This document shows positions 49,036-59,221 of a stretch of 64,000 bases of DNA, piece by piece. Source of the stretch: Candidatus Latescibacterota bacterium (GTDB lineage Bacteria > Krumholzibacteriota > Krumholzibacteriia > WVZY01 > JAKEHA01); assembly GCA_963707635.1 (NCBI GenBank), contig OY970173.1, positions 2,080,001-2,144,000 of the forward strand, in the 5' to 3' direction. The notes under the pieces were generated by a model. It searched no databases, was not told where the DNA came from, and saw only the letters and a list, made by a program, of their open reading frames with translations. The first letter of the stretch is position 1. Each line of letters begins with the position of its first letter. The translations under genes and the position numbers were made by a program.

Positions 49036-51578
49036 GGGCGTCCCCCGGAGCCCACGACGGCATCGGCGACCACCAGCGTCGCACACGGCCTGCCCGAGTA
49101 GTGATCCCGGTTGAACAGGAGGTCGTCGAGGTGGAAGTTGGGCAGGAGCGACTCCCGTTCGACCTTCACTTCGACGCGATAGGTCCCCGGCCGGGTCGCG
49201 CCCGGAACGGCGACGACGAAGCGTTCGCACAACGCCGTTCCCATCGGCCACACGTCCGGCTCGAACACGCCGTGGCCCGGGCGCACGTCGGCGCGAAAGC
49301 GAACGAACGAGCCGGACCACCGCTCGCGGGCGCGCCGCAGGTACTTCTCGCCGGGCACGCCCCGCCGTGCCGGCACGCTGGTGTGGTCGAAGCGCAGGTG
49401 AATCACGAAGGGAAAGCCGAAGGCGCAGGGCTCGTCCCTCCGGTAACCGATCGTCACCACCACCGAGTCTCCGGGCAGCACCCGCGGCGGCGACACCGAC
49501 ACCCCGGTCAGGCTGAACACGTCGCCGGGAACCGGCACGTCGCACGGGAGAGCGTCCACGGGGCCGAACGCGACCGGCGGCGCCGGCCCCAGGGCCGGTT
49601 GCGGGGCGATCCCGTCGGGCTGAAAGCGGAACGCCACCGCGTCCCCGTCCGCGAGCACGCGCAGGAAACACGCCGGCATGGACTCGATGCGCGCAACCGC
49701 CGGCTCGAAGAGAGCAGGAAGCCAGTACGACAGCACCCCGGTCGGCCCCTCGCCGGCCCCCCGGCTCACCACGACGTAGTCGACGGCGTAGCGGCGGCAC
49801 GCCGCCGGCGCCGCGCTTCCAATCGCGAAGGGCGAAAGCGCGTCGCGCACGGCGCGAAGGCGATCGAGCGCGTACGGGTCGTACGGATTCGCGTGCTGTT
49901 CGTAGAGCGCCACGAAGCGGTGCGTGGTGCAGGCACTCAGCTCGTAGCTGGTGGCGGGGTCGGAGAGAATCGTGCTGCCGGGCGGAAGCCTGCGCGCCCA
50001 CTCGGCCAGGGCGGTCGGGCAAAGACCGGCCCGTGCCGGCGGGCGGCGCACGCGTCCGGCGTCGGCGGCAAACGCGCGCACGGACGGGGCCAGAAACACG
50101 AGCGCCCACCACGCGATGGCGATCGCCGTGACCACCCGGCGCAGCGCGCTGCCCCGTCGCGCCGACCGCACGCTCCACACCACCACCAGGACCAGCGCGG
50201 GAACGACCGGCGCGTTCAAGAGCACGCGCAATACCATGTAGCTGGCGCGCGCGAAGAACGGCGTGGCGAGCCACGGCACGAACGCCAGCGCGAGCGGCAG
50301 TATCGAAAACGCCAGCGTGAGCGGCGCGCGGCGGTCCGAGCGCCGCGCGGGCACGAGCAAACCCACGAGCAGGATTCCGCCGAGAAACACGAGGCCGTGT
50401 TCACGCAGTACTTCCATCGGGCTCGCGACCATCCAGCCCTTGCCCACCGTCATCATTCCCTGCACGTGGGTGTGGATTTCATTCGCGGCGCCCCGTTCCC
50501 CGGCCAGGCGCGCGACGGCGGCCGCCCCGCACGACGCGGCGACCAGCAGCGCCACCCGGGTGCGCGCCGCCCGCGGCAGCATCGCCATGCCTCCGAAAAG
50601 CGCGAGCGTGCACGCGAGCACGAAACCGTGTGCCGCCACGCCGAGGTGCACCAGGGTACCGCCCGCGCCGACAAGCGTGAGCAGCGCCGCGCCCGCCCGC
50701 GAGAGCCTGCCCGTGGCCGCGCGCACCGCCAGCGCGGCCATCACCCAGTACCAGGTGGCGGCGAGATTCTGTCCGTACGCGGAGGTCGGCGCGAGCTGCC
50801 ACACGGTGCCGCCATAGGAAAGCGCGAAGAGCACGATGCACGCGGCGAGCATTCCCCCTCCCCCGACGAAGGTCGCCGCGAAGGCGGCGAACGCGAGCAC
50901 CGCGGCCGGAAACATGACGACGGGAAACCAGACCCAGGTCGTCGCGGGATCGCTCCCCGCGAGTACGGTGATCGAGGCGAGCAGCGAGTGCAGGCTGCCC
51001 TTGCGGGGATCGCCCGGCAGGGCGGCCGGCGCGTCCTCGGGCCACGCGAGCACTCCGTCCGGACGCATGGAGTCGAAGTCAACGGCTCGCCGCAGGTAGC
51101 CGATGTGGTCCAGCGCGTCTTCGTTCGGCGCGAGCGTCGGCCGGGCCAGGACGGCGATCGCCGCCAGCGCCATGACGACGAGCGCTCCGGCCATCACCCG
51201 CCGCCCGCCGATGACGCGCGCGCGGTGCCGACGGAGAACGGTCACGATCACCGCCAGATACGCCGCGAGCAGCGCCCACACCGTCGCGTCCGTATAGCTG
51301 GAGAGGCGGCACCCGGCGCGCCACGCGGCTTCCGATGCAATCGCGTGCACGGAGAGCGCGCCGACGATCGACAGCGGGTACGCGAGGAGGAATGAAGGAG
51401 TCGTAACGCGCGCGGAAACGATCGCCAGCGCCACCGCGGCGGGCGCGACGATGACGCCGATGAACACCGTGATCACCCGCGCCGCTTCCGGGGCGGCGCC
51501 GAGCCAGCCGGCCGCCGCCAGCCCGGTGGCGGCGAATCCGATTCCGGCCGCCGCGGCGGTGAAGACGGAGTGTTTCAA
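49032..51578 (-). CDS. Large multi-TM GT-C-like membrane protein with C-terminal soluble (Wzt-C-like) domain
   Basis: EDALDH loop, many TMs, PGSTILSDPATSY motif. TTG start overlaps the GT2 stop. Confidence 0.65.
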   Translation of the reverse strand: MKHSVFTAAAAGIGFAATGLAAAGWLGAAPEAARVITVFIGVIVAPAAVALAIVSARVTTPSFLLAYPLSIVGALSVHAIASEAAWRAGCRLSSYTDATVWALLAAYLAVIVTVLRRHRARVIGGRRVMAGALVVMALAAIAVLARPTLAPNEDALDHIGYLRRAVDFDSMRPDGVLAWPEDAPAALPGDPRKGSLHSLLASITVLAGSDPATTWVWFPVVMFPAAVLAFAAFAATFVGGGGMLAACIVLFALSYGGTVWQLAPTSAYGQNLAATWYWVMAALAVRAATGRLSRAGAALLTLVGAGGTLVHLGVAAHGFVLACTLALFGGMAMLPRAARTRVALLVAASCGAAAVARLAGERGAANEIHTHVQGMMTVGKGWMVASPMEVLREHGLVFLGGILLVGLLVPARRSDRRAPLTLAFSILPLALAFVPWLATPFFARASYMVLRVLLNAPVVPALVLVVVWSVRSARRGSALRRVVTAIAIAWWALVFLAPSVRAFAADAGRVRRPPARAGLCPTALAEWARRLPPGSTILSDPATSYELSACTTHRFVALYEQHANPYDPYALDRLRAVRDALSPFAIGSAAPAACRRYAVDYVVVSRGAGEGPTGVLSYWLPALFEPAVARIESMPACFLRVLADGDAVAFRFQPDGIAPQPALGPAPPVAFGPVDALPCDVPVPGDVFSLTGVSVSPPRVLPGDSVVVTIGYRRDEPCAFGFPFVIHLRFDHTSVPARRGVPGEKYLRRARERWSGSFVRFRADVRPGHGVFEPDVWPMGTALCERFVVAVPGATRPGTYRVEVKVERESLLPNFHLDDLLFNRDHYSGRPCATLVVADAVVGSGGRP

Positions 51579-52246
51579 GCGAACCGCTTCGTGACCAGAA
51601 AGAGCAGATTCCGAAACCCGTCCCGCCACTTCTGGAGTTTCACCTCTCCCACGCGGGGATGGTAGTCGATGGGATACTCCCCGAAACGGACCTGCGGGTG
51701 GCGGATCGCTTCGATCTTGATCTCTTCCGAAAACGCCATCCCGTCGCTCTTGACCGTCAGTTTCTGATACACCGGCGAGCGAAACACCCACATCCCCGAT
51801 TGCGAATCCCGCACCGCCCGGCCGTACAGGATCGCCATGCCGATCGTGAGCACGAGGTTCCCGACCTTGTTGGAGAAGTTCATTGCGCGTGGATTCCGCA
51901 GCGGGAAGCGCGACGCGCTGACGAAATCCAGTTCGCGTTCCACGAGGTGGTCCACCAGCTCGGGAATCTGCTCGGCCGGGTAGGTGCCGTCCCCGTCCAG
52001 GGTGACGGTCACGTCGCCGGTGACGGCGGGAAGCCCCGCCTGGTAGGCGGCGCCGTAGCCCTTGCGACGCTCGAATACCACCCGCGCGCCCAGCGAGCGC
52101 GCGGTCTCGGCGGTGCGATCGGTGCTGTTGTTGTCCACCACCACGACTTCGTCGACGCAGGCGGGCAGCTGGCCGATGGTGTGGCGAATCCCCTGCTCCT
52201 CGTTATAGCACGGAATCACGACGCTGATTTTCAAACCAAGGTGCAT
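51575..52246 (-). CDS. GT2 polyprenol-phosphate glycosyltransferase (DPM1-like)
   Basis: VIPCYNEE, DNNSTD, KGYG, DGDGTYP and DSQSGM. Confidence 0.92.
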   Translation of the reverse strand: MHLGLKISVVIPCYNEEQGIRHTIGQLPACVDEVVVVDNNSTDRTAETARSLGARVVFERRKGYGAAYQAGLPAVTGDVTVTLDGDGTYPAEQIPELVDHLVERELDFVSASRFPLRNPRAMNFSNKVGNLVLTIGMAILYGRAVRDSQSGMWVFRSPVYQKLTVKSDGMAFSEEIKIEAIRHPQVRFGEYPIDYHPRVGEVKLQKWRDGFRNLLFLVTKRFA

Positions 52247-52266
52247 GGTCGCCTCCTGTCGGCGGT

Positions 52267-53796
52267 CTACCTGGGAGCCCCCAGCAGGCGCGCGAGACGC
52301 CCCGCCATGGGGACCGGAATGGAGGCGACGACGTCGAGCTCCTCGGGGGTGAACAGACGCGCGGCGCGGTACGCCGCCGCCACCGCCACCACCGCCGCCG
52401 CGGTCGCGGCGGCCAGCCCCACGCTTCCCTCCACGCGCCACAGCACGGGCACCGCCACGAGAACCGCCGCCGAGGCGAGAAAGCAGCGGCCGATGAAACG
52501 AAACGGAATCGAAATCTCCGGCACGAAACGCCGAACGGCGATGAAATACGCGATGGGCTGCGCGGCGATCGCGATCGCCACCGGAATCATCGCTCCCGGC
52601 ACGCCGTACTTCGGTATCAACACCAGATCCAGACCTATATTGATGATGGCGAGGAACAGGTAGATTAGCAGATTGACGTGGGTTTTTTCCAGAACGTAGA
52701 GCGCCATCGACAGGGGGGTGGACACGAAAGACACCGTGAAGATGGCGAAGAACAACTGCGTCGGGAGCGCGGCAGCGCGCATGCCGTCGCCGAACATATC
52801 CACCACCACCCGCCCGCCCAGCACGATGCCTCCCGCGCACAGCGGCGCGCACAGCAGGAACAACAGCCGATAGTAGCGCTCGACCACGCCGCGCAGGCGG
52901 GCGGGATCGCGCGAATACGCTTCCGACATCCCGGCCATCACCAGCGGCCACACCGTGCCCGGAACGAATTCGAGGATGGTCTGCGGCAGCCGGTACGCGA
53001 GGTCGAAGAACCCCGCCTCCGCCGCGGTTCGAAAGTGCCCCAGTAACAACGTCTCCGACTGGCGCCACACCACCAGGTTCAGCACGCCGATGGCGGCGAA
53101 CGGGAGCGAGTACTTCCAGAGCCGCGCGCGTGTGACCTCCGCTTCCGTGTCGCGCGCGGGAAATGCCGTCGCGCTGCCGAGCCGGCCGACGATCATGGCG
53201 CACGCCACCGCGTTTCCGAGCGCGCCGGCGGCGAGTACCCCGACGACTCCCCACCCCATCGGAATCGCGACCGCGACGGCGGCGGTGTAGACGACGTGGC
53301 TGGCCAGCGCGGCCGCGCTCAGGCGCGCGGTGTCGTAGCTCGAGTTGAGCACGTGGGCGGCGACGGTGAAGAGGATTTCGAACAGGGCGAGGGCCACGGC
53401 GGCCGCGACGTACACCCCGACGCCGTCGCCGTGGAATACGCGCTCGGCCGCGCCCCGGAAGACGAAGGCGCCCGCGGCCAGCCCCAACCAGGTGAGCGCG
53501 TGGATGGCGACGACGCGCCGCACGAGCCGCCGGGCGGCAACCGCCGACCCGCTCACCCGCAGCACCGGGAGGAACTTCAGCAGCGCCTGGCCCGTGCCCA
53601 GCCCGGCGAAGAGGACCGCGAACATCAGGATCGAGCGCACGACGCTGAGCACGCCGTAGTCGTGGTCGCCGAGCCCGCGAACCACGATCACGCTGCTCGC
53701 GAATCCCAGCACGAAACGGGCCGCGCGCGACGCGACCGTCCACGCCATCGCCCGGCCGATGCGCTGGGTGGTGCCCCCTGCTTCAGCGTGACTCAT
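52267..53796 (-). CDS. wzx: Wzx-type oligosaccharide flippase
   Basis: Many TMs; RGLGDHDYG, LWKYSLP, AGFFDLA and LIPKYG. Confidence 0.85.
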   Translation of the reverse strand: MSHAEAGGTTQRIGRAMAWTVASRAARFVLGFASSVIVVRGLGDHDYGVLSVVRSILMFAVLFAGLGTGQALLKFLPVLRVSGSAVAARRLVRRVVAIHALTWLGLAAGAFVFRGAAERVFHGDGVGVYVAAAVALALFEILFTVAAHVLNSSYDTARLSAAALASHVVYTAAVAVAIPMGWGVVGVLAAGALGNAVACAMIVGRLGSATAFPARDTEAEVTRARLWKYSLPFAAIGVLNLVVWRQSETLLLGHFRTAAEAGFFDLAYRLPQTILEFVPGTVWPLVMAGMSEAYSRDPARLRGVVERYYRLLFLLCAPLCAGGIVLGGRVVVDMFGDGMRAAALPTQLFFAIFTVSFVSTPLSMALYVLEKTHVNLLIYLFLAIINIGLDLVLIPKYGVPGAMIPVAIAIAAQPIAYFIAVRRFVPEISIPFRFIGRCFLASAAVLVAVPVLWRVEGSVGLAAATAAAVVAVAAAYRAARLFTPEELDVVASIPVPMAGRLARLLGAPR

Positions 53797-54907
53797 CCAG
53801 CACCCGTTGCAAGTACGCCTTGAAGCCGAGGATCGACGCCGGCACCGTGTTCGACGCGGTCGACATGAAGCACCCGCGCGAATACCGGTCCTCGGGGTGG
53901 TAGCCGTGCATGGCCGCGATGGGTCGCGCCCCCATGAAGCTGGGCACGATCAGCACGCCCGCGTCGGCGAGGAAGATGCTGCGGCCGTACTCGCGCTCGG
54001 GAAACAGGCAGCCGAGCGACGCGAGCTCGGAGTCGTCCAGGCGCCGCCCGAGCCCGCCGAAGGCCTCGGCCACCGCCCCATCCACGTCGGCATCGCCCCA
54101 CACCCGCGCCATGGTCGAGTCGAAAAACGCGAGGTAGTCGCGCCCCAGTGCCAGCCCACGACGCGTGAGTGTGCCCCAGACGTCGACGGTGCGCGTAACC
54201 GCCGTCATGCCGTGGTCGCTCAAGAGCACAATCGAAAGCTCTACGTCGCGCGCGCGCGCCTGCGCCCGCGCGTCCGCCAGGAAGCCCTCGTAACGGGCCA
54301 GCTTCGCCCGCACTGCCTCGTGAACGATGCCGACGCGATGCATGAGCGCGTCCAGCTCCGCCGTGTAGACGAACAGGACCTCGGCGTCGCCGCCCAGCGC
54401 CGCGACCGCGTCGCGGAAGTTGTCCTCCTCGGGCGTCCGGTAGTACCACGCCCGATAGTGAATGCCCCGCGCGCGCATCCAGTCGAACACGGACTCGCAC
54501 CCGAGCCCCCCGGGCTCGAACGGGTCGGTACGCTGCGCGACGTCGAAGCGATGCAGCAGGTGCACGGGTATGTCATAGAGATCGTAGTACGATCGCACGC
54601 CCCCGCGCCGGTCGACCCAGCGGCGCACCCAGCGGCGCGCGCGCCAATCGACGGCGTGCGGCAGGCGCGGCACCCCGCGCAGGAACGCGAAGGTACCGCC
54701 CGCGCGGGCAGCGCGAAACATGGAAAACACGCCGTGCTCGCGCGGCTCCGCCCCGGTAAGCAGACTCGGAATGGCGGTGGAGCTGTACCCGAGCACGGTA
54801 CCGAGCGACGAGCGCCGCGCGAAGGTGCGGTTCCCGAAGCCGTAGTACTCCGCGATCTCCCAACCGAGCGCGTCCACCAGAAATACCAACGTCACGCGGC
54901 GCGCCAT
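53783..54907 (-). CDS. AlkP/NPP-like protein in the polysaccharide locus
   Basis: LVDALG, LGYSSTAIPSLLTG, LDALMH, SDHG and AMHGY; no signal peptide. Confidence 0.85.
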   Translation of the reverse strand: MARRVTLVFLVDALGWEIAEYYGFGNRTFARRSSLGTVLGYSSTAIPSLLTGAEPREHGVFSMFRAARAGGTFAFLRGVPRLPHAVDWRARRWVRRWVDRRGGVRSYYDLYDIPVHLLHRFDVAQRTDPFEPGGLGCESVFDWMRARGIHYRAWYYRTPEEDNFRDAVAALGGDAEVLFVYTAELDALMHRVGIVHEAVRAKLARYEGFLADARAQARARDVELSIVLLSDHGMTAVTRTVDVWGTLTRRGLALGRDYLAFFDSTMARVWGDADVDGAVAEAFGGLGRRLDDSELASLGCLFPEREYGRSIFLADAGVLIVPSFMGARPIAAMHGYHPEDRYSRGCFMSTASNTVPASILGFKAYLQRVLDESR

Positions 54908-54918
54908 CCCGGACTCCC

Positions 54919-56064
54919 TCACGAAATCGCCCGGTGCGCGGCCGCTGTCCGGCGCGCCACCGAGCCGTCGGCGAAGCCGAGCACGGTCGTCAGGCGCTCC
55001 ACGTAACGCTCGAGTGCCGCCAGGCCCGGGGCGGAGCCCGGTTCGGCGCGCCGCAACTCCGCCACGAGCGGATGGGTTCGCAGCGCGACGCGCGGCGAGA
55101 AGGAGGCGAACCGGAGTCCGCGCACGGCGCTTTGCGCCCGCGAGACGCCGCTCGCGTGCCGCAGCCGAACGAATTCGCGATAGTTGCCCCAGCGACGCCC
55201 TTGCCCGCAGCGCCGGTTGACCTGGGCCACCACGTCTCCCCCGGCGCCGAGGACACGGGCGGCGAGGGCTCGCCACGCGTCCGCGGCCAGCATGACCGCG
55301 CGGGCCACCTCGGCGGACCCACCCCCCGCCCCCACGTATCCATCCAGCCGGCCGTAATCCGCAAACGCCGCTTCGATGTCGGCGCGCGCGCGCGCCGACA
55401 TCGCAGCGGGCGTGCGGGCGCGAATCGCATCTACGCGACCCTGGACGGAGGACGCGTAGCCGCCTTCCGCAATCAGGTGAGCGGCAGCGATGTCGAGGCG
55501 CGCCTTGAGCGCCTGGACCCTCGCGAACCGTTCCTGGGCCGGGTCGGCCGGCGTCGCCAGCCACGACAGCTCCGCGATCCGATTCTCGAGCAGATAGAGC
55601 GCCTCGGCGGGCGCGATCCTGCGCGCTTCCAGCGGCGCGAGCGCGTCGAGCAGCGTGCGGTCCCCGAACAACCAGAACGACTCCCGGGCGAGGCCCGCGG
55701 TCCCCGGCCGCGCGGGCTGGGCCACGAGGTCCTCGAGCGTGTACACGCCGACGTCCGCCCCGCGCAGGAATCGCGCGCCAACTCCTGCGGCAGGCAGACG
55801 CTCGCTCGCCGCGCTGGCCTGTGCGCGCACCGGCGCCATGGCGCCCGGGCCGGACACCACCAGGTAGACATCGAGATCGGAGTAGATTTCCCAGTCCCCA
55901 TCCACGCGAGCGGCCCACACGTCGCCGCGCGCCGCGCTGCCGCCGAGAAACACCGCGCGAACACTGCCCGCCGGCACCGCCGAGAGAATGTCGGCGCACA
56001 GCGCGTGCGCGCGCGCGCGCAGGAGCTCGATCGGGGAGTCGTTGAGAGTCGAAGACTGCTGCAC
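54919..56064 (-). CDS. Pol-beta-fold nucleotidyltransferase-like protein
   Basis: FLGGSAARGD..SDLDVY (GS + DxD), followed by a helical domain. Confidence 0.65.
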   Translation of the reverse strand: MQQSSTLNDSPIELLRARAHALCADILSAVPAGSVRAVFLGGSAARGDVWAARVDGDWEIYSDLDVYLVVSGPGAMAPVRAQASAASERLPAAGVGARFLRGADVGVYTLEDLVAQPARPGTAGLARESFWLFGDRTLLDALAPLEARRIAPAEALYLLENRIAELSWLATPADPAQERFARVQALKARLDIAAAHLIAEGGYASSVQGRVDAIRARTPAAMSARARADIEAAFADYGRLDGYVGAGGGSAEVARAVMLAADAWRALAARVLGAGGDVVAQVNRRCGQGRRWGNYREFVRLRHASGVSRAQSAVRGLRFASFSPRVALRTHPLVAELRRAEPGSAPGLAALERYVERLTTVLGFADGSVARRTAAAHRAIS

Positions 56065-56083
56065 GGCGCAAGTACCGCCGGGG

Positions 56084-56926
56084 CTACAGCCGTCGATAGA
56101 TGAAGGCGGGGATGTAGTAGCGCTTGCGGTTCAGCACTACACCGACGACGCGACCCTTGAACTGCTCGACCTGTTTCACGGAGCGCTCGACGGTCTCGCG
56201 CTTGGTCCGGCCGCAATGCACGACCAGCGCCACCCCGTCGGCGAGGGGAGTGATCGGCGGCGTCTCCGGGCAGGCCACGATCGGCGGGGCGTCCACGATC
56301 ACCGCGTCGTAGGTCCGAAGCGCATCCGCGAACAGGCGCGGCAGCAATCGCTCGAGGTTGATCTGGATCAGGGTCGGGTCGGCGCGCCCGACGTGTAAAA
56401 TGTCGAAGTCCTCGCCAGCGGGGCGCTGCACGAGTGAATCGAGCGGTGCTGCGTGCTCGAAGTAGTCGGTGACGCCTTCCGGCCGCGGCAGCGCGAACGT
56501 CCTGGCCAGCGACGGGGTCCGCGCGTTGAGCTCCACCAACAGGACCCGCGCCGCCCCATGCATCGCGAGCAGACGACTGTAGCCGACCGCGAGCGTCGTC
56601 ACCCCTTCGCCGTGCATCGCCGACGTGAAGACAAGCACGCGCTTCGCGCCGCGTTCGAGGCGCGTCTCGAGCGAATTGCGCAGGATCCCGAGCTCGCGCA
56701 GGAGCTCGCCGGGAAACGGATCCGACCCGTTCACCGACGGCGCCTGCGCGGGCGCCTCCGCGGCCACGTCGGCGTCGGGACGCGCCCGCACTGGCGCGTC
56801 GGCGCGGCGGAAGTCGGGCCGCGCGGGCGCGGGGTCCGCGAGCACCTCGCGTACGGTGTCCACGGACTCGTGCTGCCGGCGCCTTTCCGCCTCCGCGCGC
56901 CGCAATGCGTCGAACATCTTGCTCAA
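56084..56926 (-). CDS. CpsD/CapB-type BY-kinase domain protein (degenerate Walker A)
   Basis: TSAMHGEGVTT, LLVELN, IVDAPP and VVLN..YYIP. Confidence 0.85.
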   Translation of the reverse strand: MSKMFDALRRAEAERRRQHESVDTVREVLADPAPARPDFRRADAPVRARPDADVAAEAPAQAPSVNGSDPFPGELLRELGILRNSLETRLERGAKRVLVFTSAMHGEGVTTLAVGYSRLLAMHGAARVLLVELNARTPSLARTFALPRPEGVTDYFEHAAPLDSLVQRPAGEDFDILHVGRADPTLIQINLERLLPRLFADALRTYDAVIVDAPPIVACPETPPITPLADGVALVVHCGRTKRETVERSVKQVEQFKGRVVGVVLNRKRYYIPAFIYRRL

Positions 56927-57783
56927 TGCGCGGCGCCTCCCCCGGCCGCCCGCCGGTTCGGAACGTCGTGCCCGCCGGTGACCCCGAGCTCCTGCGCGCT
57001 CGCGAACACCAGGTCGGATTCGATCGCGCGTGCCTTCTGCAGGTAACCGCGCACGAGGATGCGGTCGCACAGCATGTTGATCAGGCGCGGCGTGCCCGCC
57101 GAGTACTCGAAGATCCCGTCGATCGCCTCTTCGGAGAACACCAGCTGACCGTTCGTCAGCCCCGCGACCGCGAGGCGGTAGCGCACGTATCGGTACACTT
57201 CGTCCCGCGACAGCAGCTTCATGTGGCAGACGCCGGAAATGCGCTGGCGGAGCTGGCGCAGGTCGTCGCGCTGGAGCAGGTGCCAGAGTTCGGGCTGACC
57301 CACCAGCACGATCTGGATGAGCTTCTGCTGATTCGTCTCCAGGTTCGAGAGCATGCGCAGCTCTTCGAGCACGTCGGGCGAGAGGTTCTGCGCCTCGTCG
57401 ATGACGAGCACCGGGTTCTGATTCTCGGCGTAGCGCTTGATCAGGAACTCGTTGAGTTGCGCGAGCATTGCCACCTTGAGGTCGCTCTTGATCTCGACGC
57501 CGAAGTCGGTGAGGAGCATGTAGAGCATTTCGCGGAAATCGACTTTGGTGTTGATGACGAACGAGACTTCCAGACAGGGGTGGAACGTCTGCACGAACGC
57601 GCGCACCACCGTGGTCTTCCCCACCCCGACCTCGCCGGTCAGGGCCAGGAAGCCCTTCTTGAGGAATATCCCGTGCGCCAGGTACGCCAGCGCCTCGCGG
57701 TGCGCGCGGCTCTTGTAGAGGTAGCGCGGATCCGGGGTGGTCCCGAACGGGTTTTCGCGCAGGCCGTAGAACGCCTCGTACAT
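56923..57783 (-). CDS. ExeA/GspA-type AAA ATPase (EPS/PEP-CTERM-associated type)
   Basis: MYEAFYGLRENPF, GEVGVGKTT, IDEAQNL, LVGQPEL and GTPRLIN. Confidence 0.9.
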   Translation of the reverse strand: MYEAFYGLRENPFGTTPDPRYLYKSRAHREALAYLAHGIFLKKGFLALTGEVGVGKTTVVRAFVQTFHPCLEVSFVINTKVDFREMLYMLLTDFGVEIKSDLKVAMLAQLNEFLIKRYAENQNPVLVIDEAQNLSPDVLEELRMLSNLETNQQKLIQIVLVGQPELWHLLQRDDLRQLRQRISGVCHMKLLSRDEVYRYVRYRLAVAGLTNGQLVFSEEAIDGIFEYSAGTPRLINMLCDRILVRGYLQKARAIESDLVFASAQELGVTGGHDVPNRRAAGGGAAH

Positions 57784-57784
57784 G

Positions 57785-59221
57785 CTACCCACCCCCACCC
57801 GCAGCCGTGCGCTTGCGGCCGCCGGTCTCGCTGACCACCGCCAGCACCGTCACTCCCAGGAACTCCTCTGCTTCCGCCCGGCTCTTGACCGAGTGATCCA
57901 TGCTCTCCAGGAAGAACGCGATGCCCAGGCCCACGATGATGCTGAGCAGCGGGCCCAGCGCGAGGCGGATATAGTCGCGCGTCTTCTTACTGTACGGGGC
58001 GCTCGCGTGCTGGAGGATCGCCACGTCCTGCTCGGGGCTTCCGGCTTGGGCGATCTCGGACTCGCTCTGACGGTTCTGCAGCAGCTCGATTCTACGAGCG
58101 AGATTCTTGATGGTCTCGTCGAACTCGGTGAGCTGGCGCTCGCGGTTGGGGATCGCGTCCAGTTCGGCGCGGGCGGTATTCAGCTCCTCTAGAACCGCCG
58201 CGAGGCGCGCCTCCATTTCGCTCAACGACACCTTCTCCACCAGATAGGCGTTCTCAACCTGTCGTTTCAGGTCGGCGTGCAGGTCGGCGATCTGCTGATT
58301 CACCGCCAGCAGTTCCGGGTGCTTGTCGGTATATTTCTGCATCAGGTCTTCCCGTTGCAGGTTCAGCTGTTGCAGCGAAAACTTGATGTTCTGGACGACG
58401 GCGGATTGCAGCACGTGCTGCGATACCGAAAAAGCGAGCTCGCTTTCCAGCTCCGGCCCGCTCCGCTTGCTCAGCTGTTCGAGATTCGCGACGCGAAGCC
58501 GCTGGGAGGACACGTCGCCGTTCAATTGCGAGACCCGCGCCTCGAGCGTTCCGATCTTGCTCAGGAGAAAACGGCTGGTCTCATCGGTGCCGAAGAACTT
58601 CTCCCGGTTCATGAATTCGTTGCGCCGCGCGCGCCACAGTTCGAGCTGGGCGCGCGTGTCGGCCAGCTCCGCCACGAAAAAGTCACTCAGCGCGGGCGGG
58701 CTCTTGCGTTCGCGATAGTACTCCTGGAAGGCCTGGGTCACGACGTTGCACCCGAGCGTGCACACCTCGCGCCGAACGTCGGCGTAACTGATGACGAATG
58801 CGTTCGACTCCCCGATCACGTCGGCGCGTACCGCCACCGCGTTGAACGTCCAGTCCGCCGGCAGGCCGCGATCCTTCACGGAATCCGCGAACGCGACTCG
58901 CGCGCGGCTGAAGACGTCGTCGGAGAGGATGACCTGGATCTCCGAGGCCACCTCTTCCGCCCACCCCAGGGTCCGTATGGCCGGACTCAACAGGCTCGTC
59001 TGTTCGCCGCGGCGCACGAGGACACGGGAGCTGGATTCCCAGAGAGCGGGTCTCCGCGCGTCGAGGATGACCACCAGCACGCTCGCGAACGCGAACACGG
59101 ACAGGATGACCCACTTGCGCCGGAAGACGACGTCGAGAAAGTCGCGGAGACTGGTTTCCTGGCGATTCTGAAGCTTATCTGGCATTGATCTGGGTGGGGT
59201 TGTTGGCCCGGAAATACTCAT
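57785..59221 (-). CDS. Polysaccharide co-polymerase (Wzz/Wzc/GumC transmembrane part)
   Basis: RDFLDVVFRRKW, two TMs flanking a coiled coil, YTDKHP. Start may be 59185. Confidence 0.88.
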   Translation of the reverse strand: MSISGPTTPPRSMPDKLQNRQETSLRDFLDVVFRRKWVILSVFAFASVLVVILDARRPALWESSSRVLVRRGEQTSLLSPAIRTLGWAEEVASEIQVILSDDVFSRARVAFADSVKDRGLPADWTFNAVAVRADVIGESNAFVISYADVRREVCTLGCNVVTQAFQEYYRERKSPPALSDFFVAELADTRAQLELWRARRNEFMNREKFFGTDETSRFLLSKIGTLEARVSQLNGDVSSQRLRVANLEQLSKRSGPELESELAFSVSQHVLQSAVVQNIKFSLQQLNLQREDLMQKYTDKHPELLAVNQQIADLHADLKRQVENAYLVEKVSLSEMEARLAAVLEELNTARAELDAIPNRERQLTEFDETIKNLARRIELLQNRQSESEIAQAGSPEQDVAILQHASAPYSKKTRDYIRLALGPLLSIIVGLGIAFFLESMDHSVKSRAEAEEFLGVTVLAVVSETGGRKRTAAGGGG

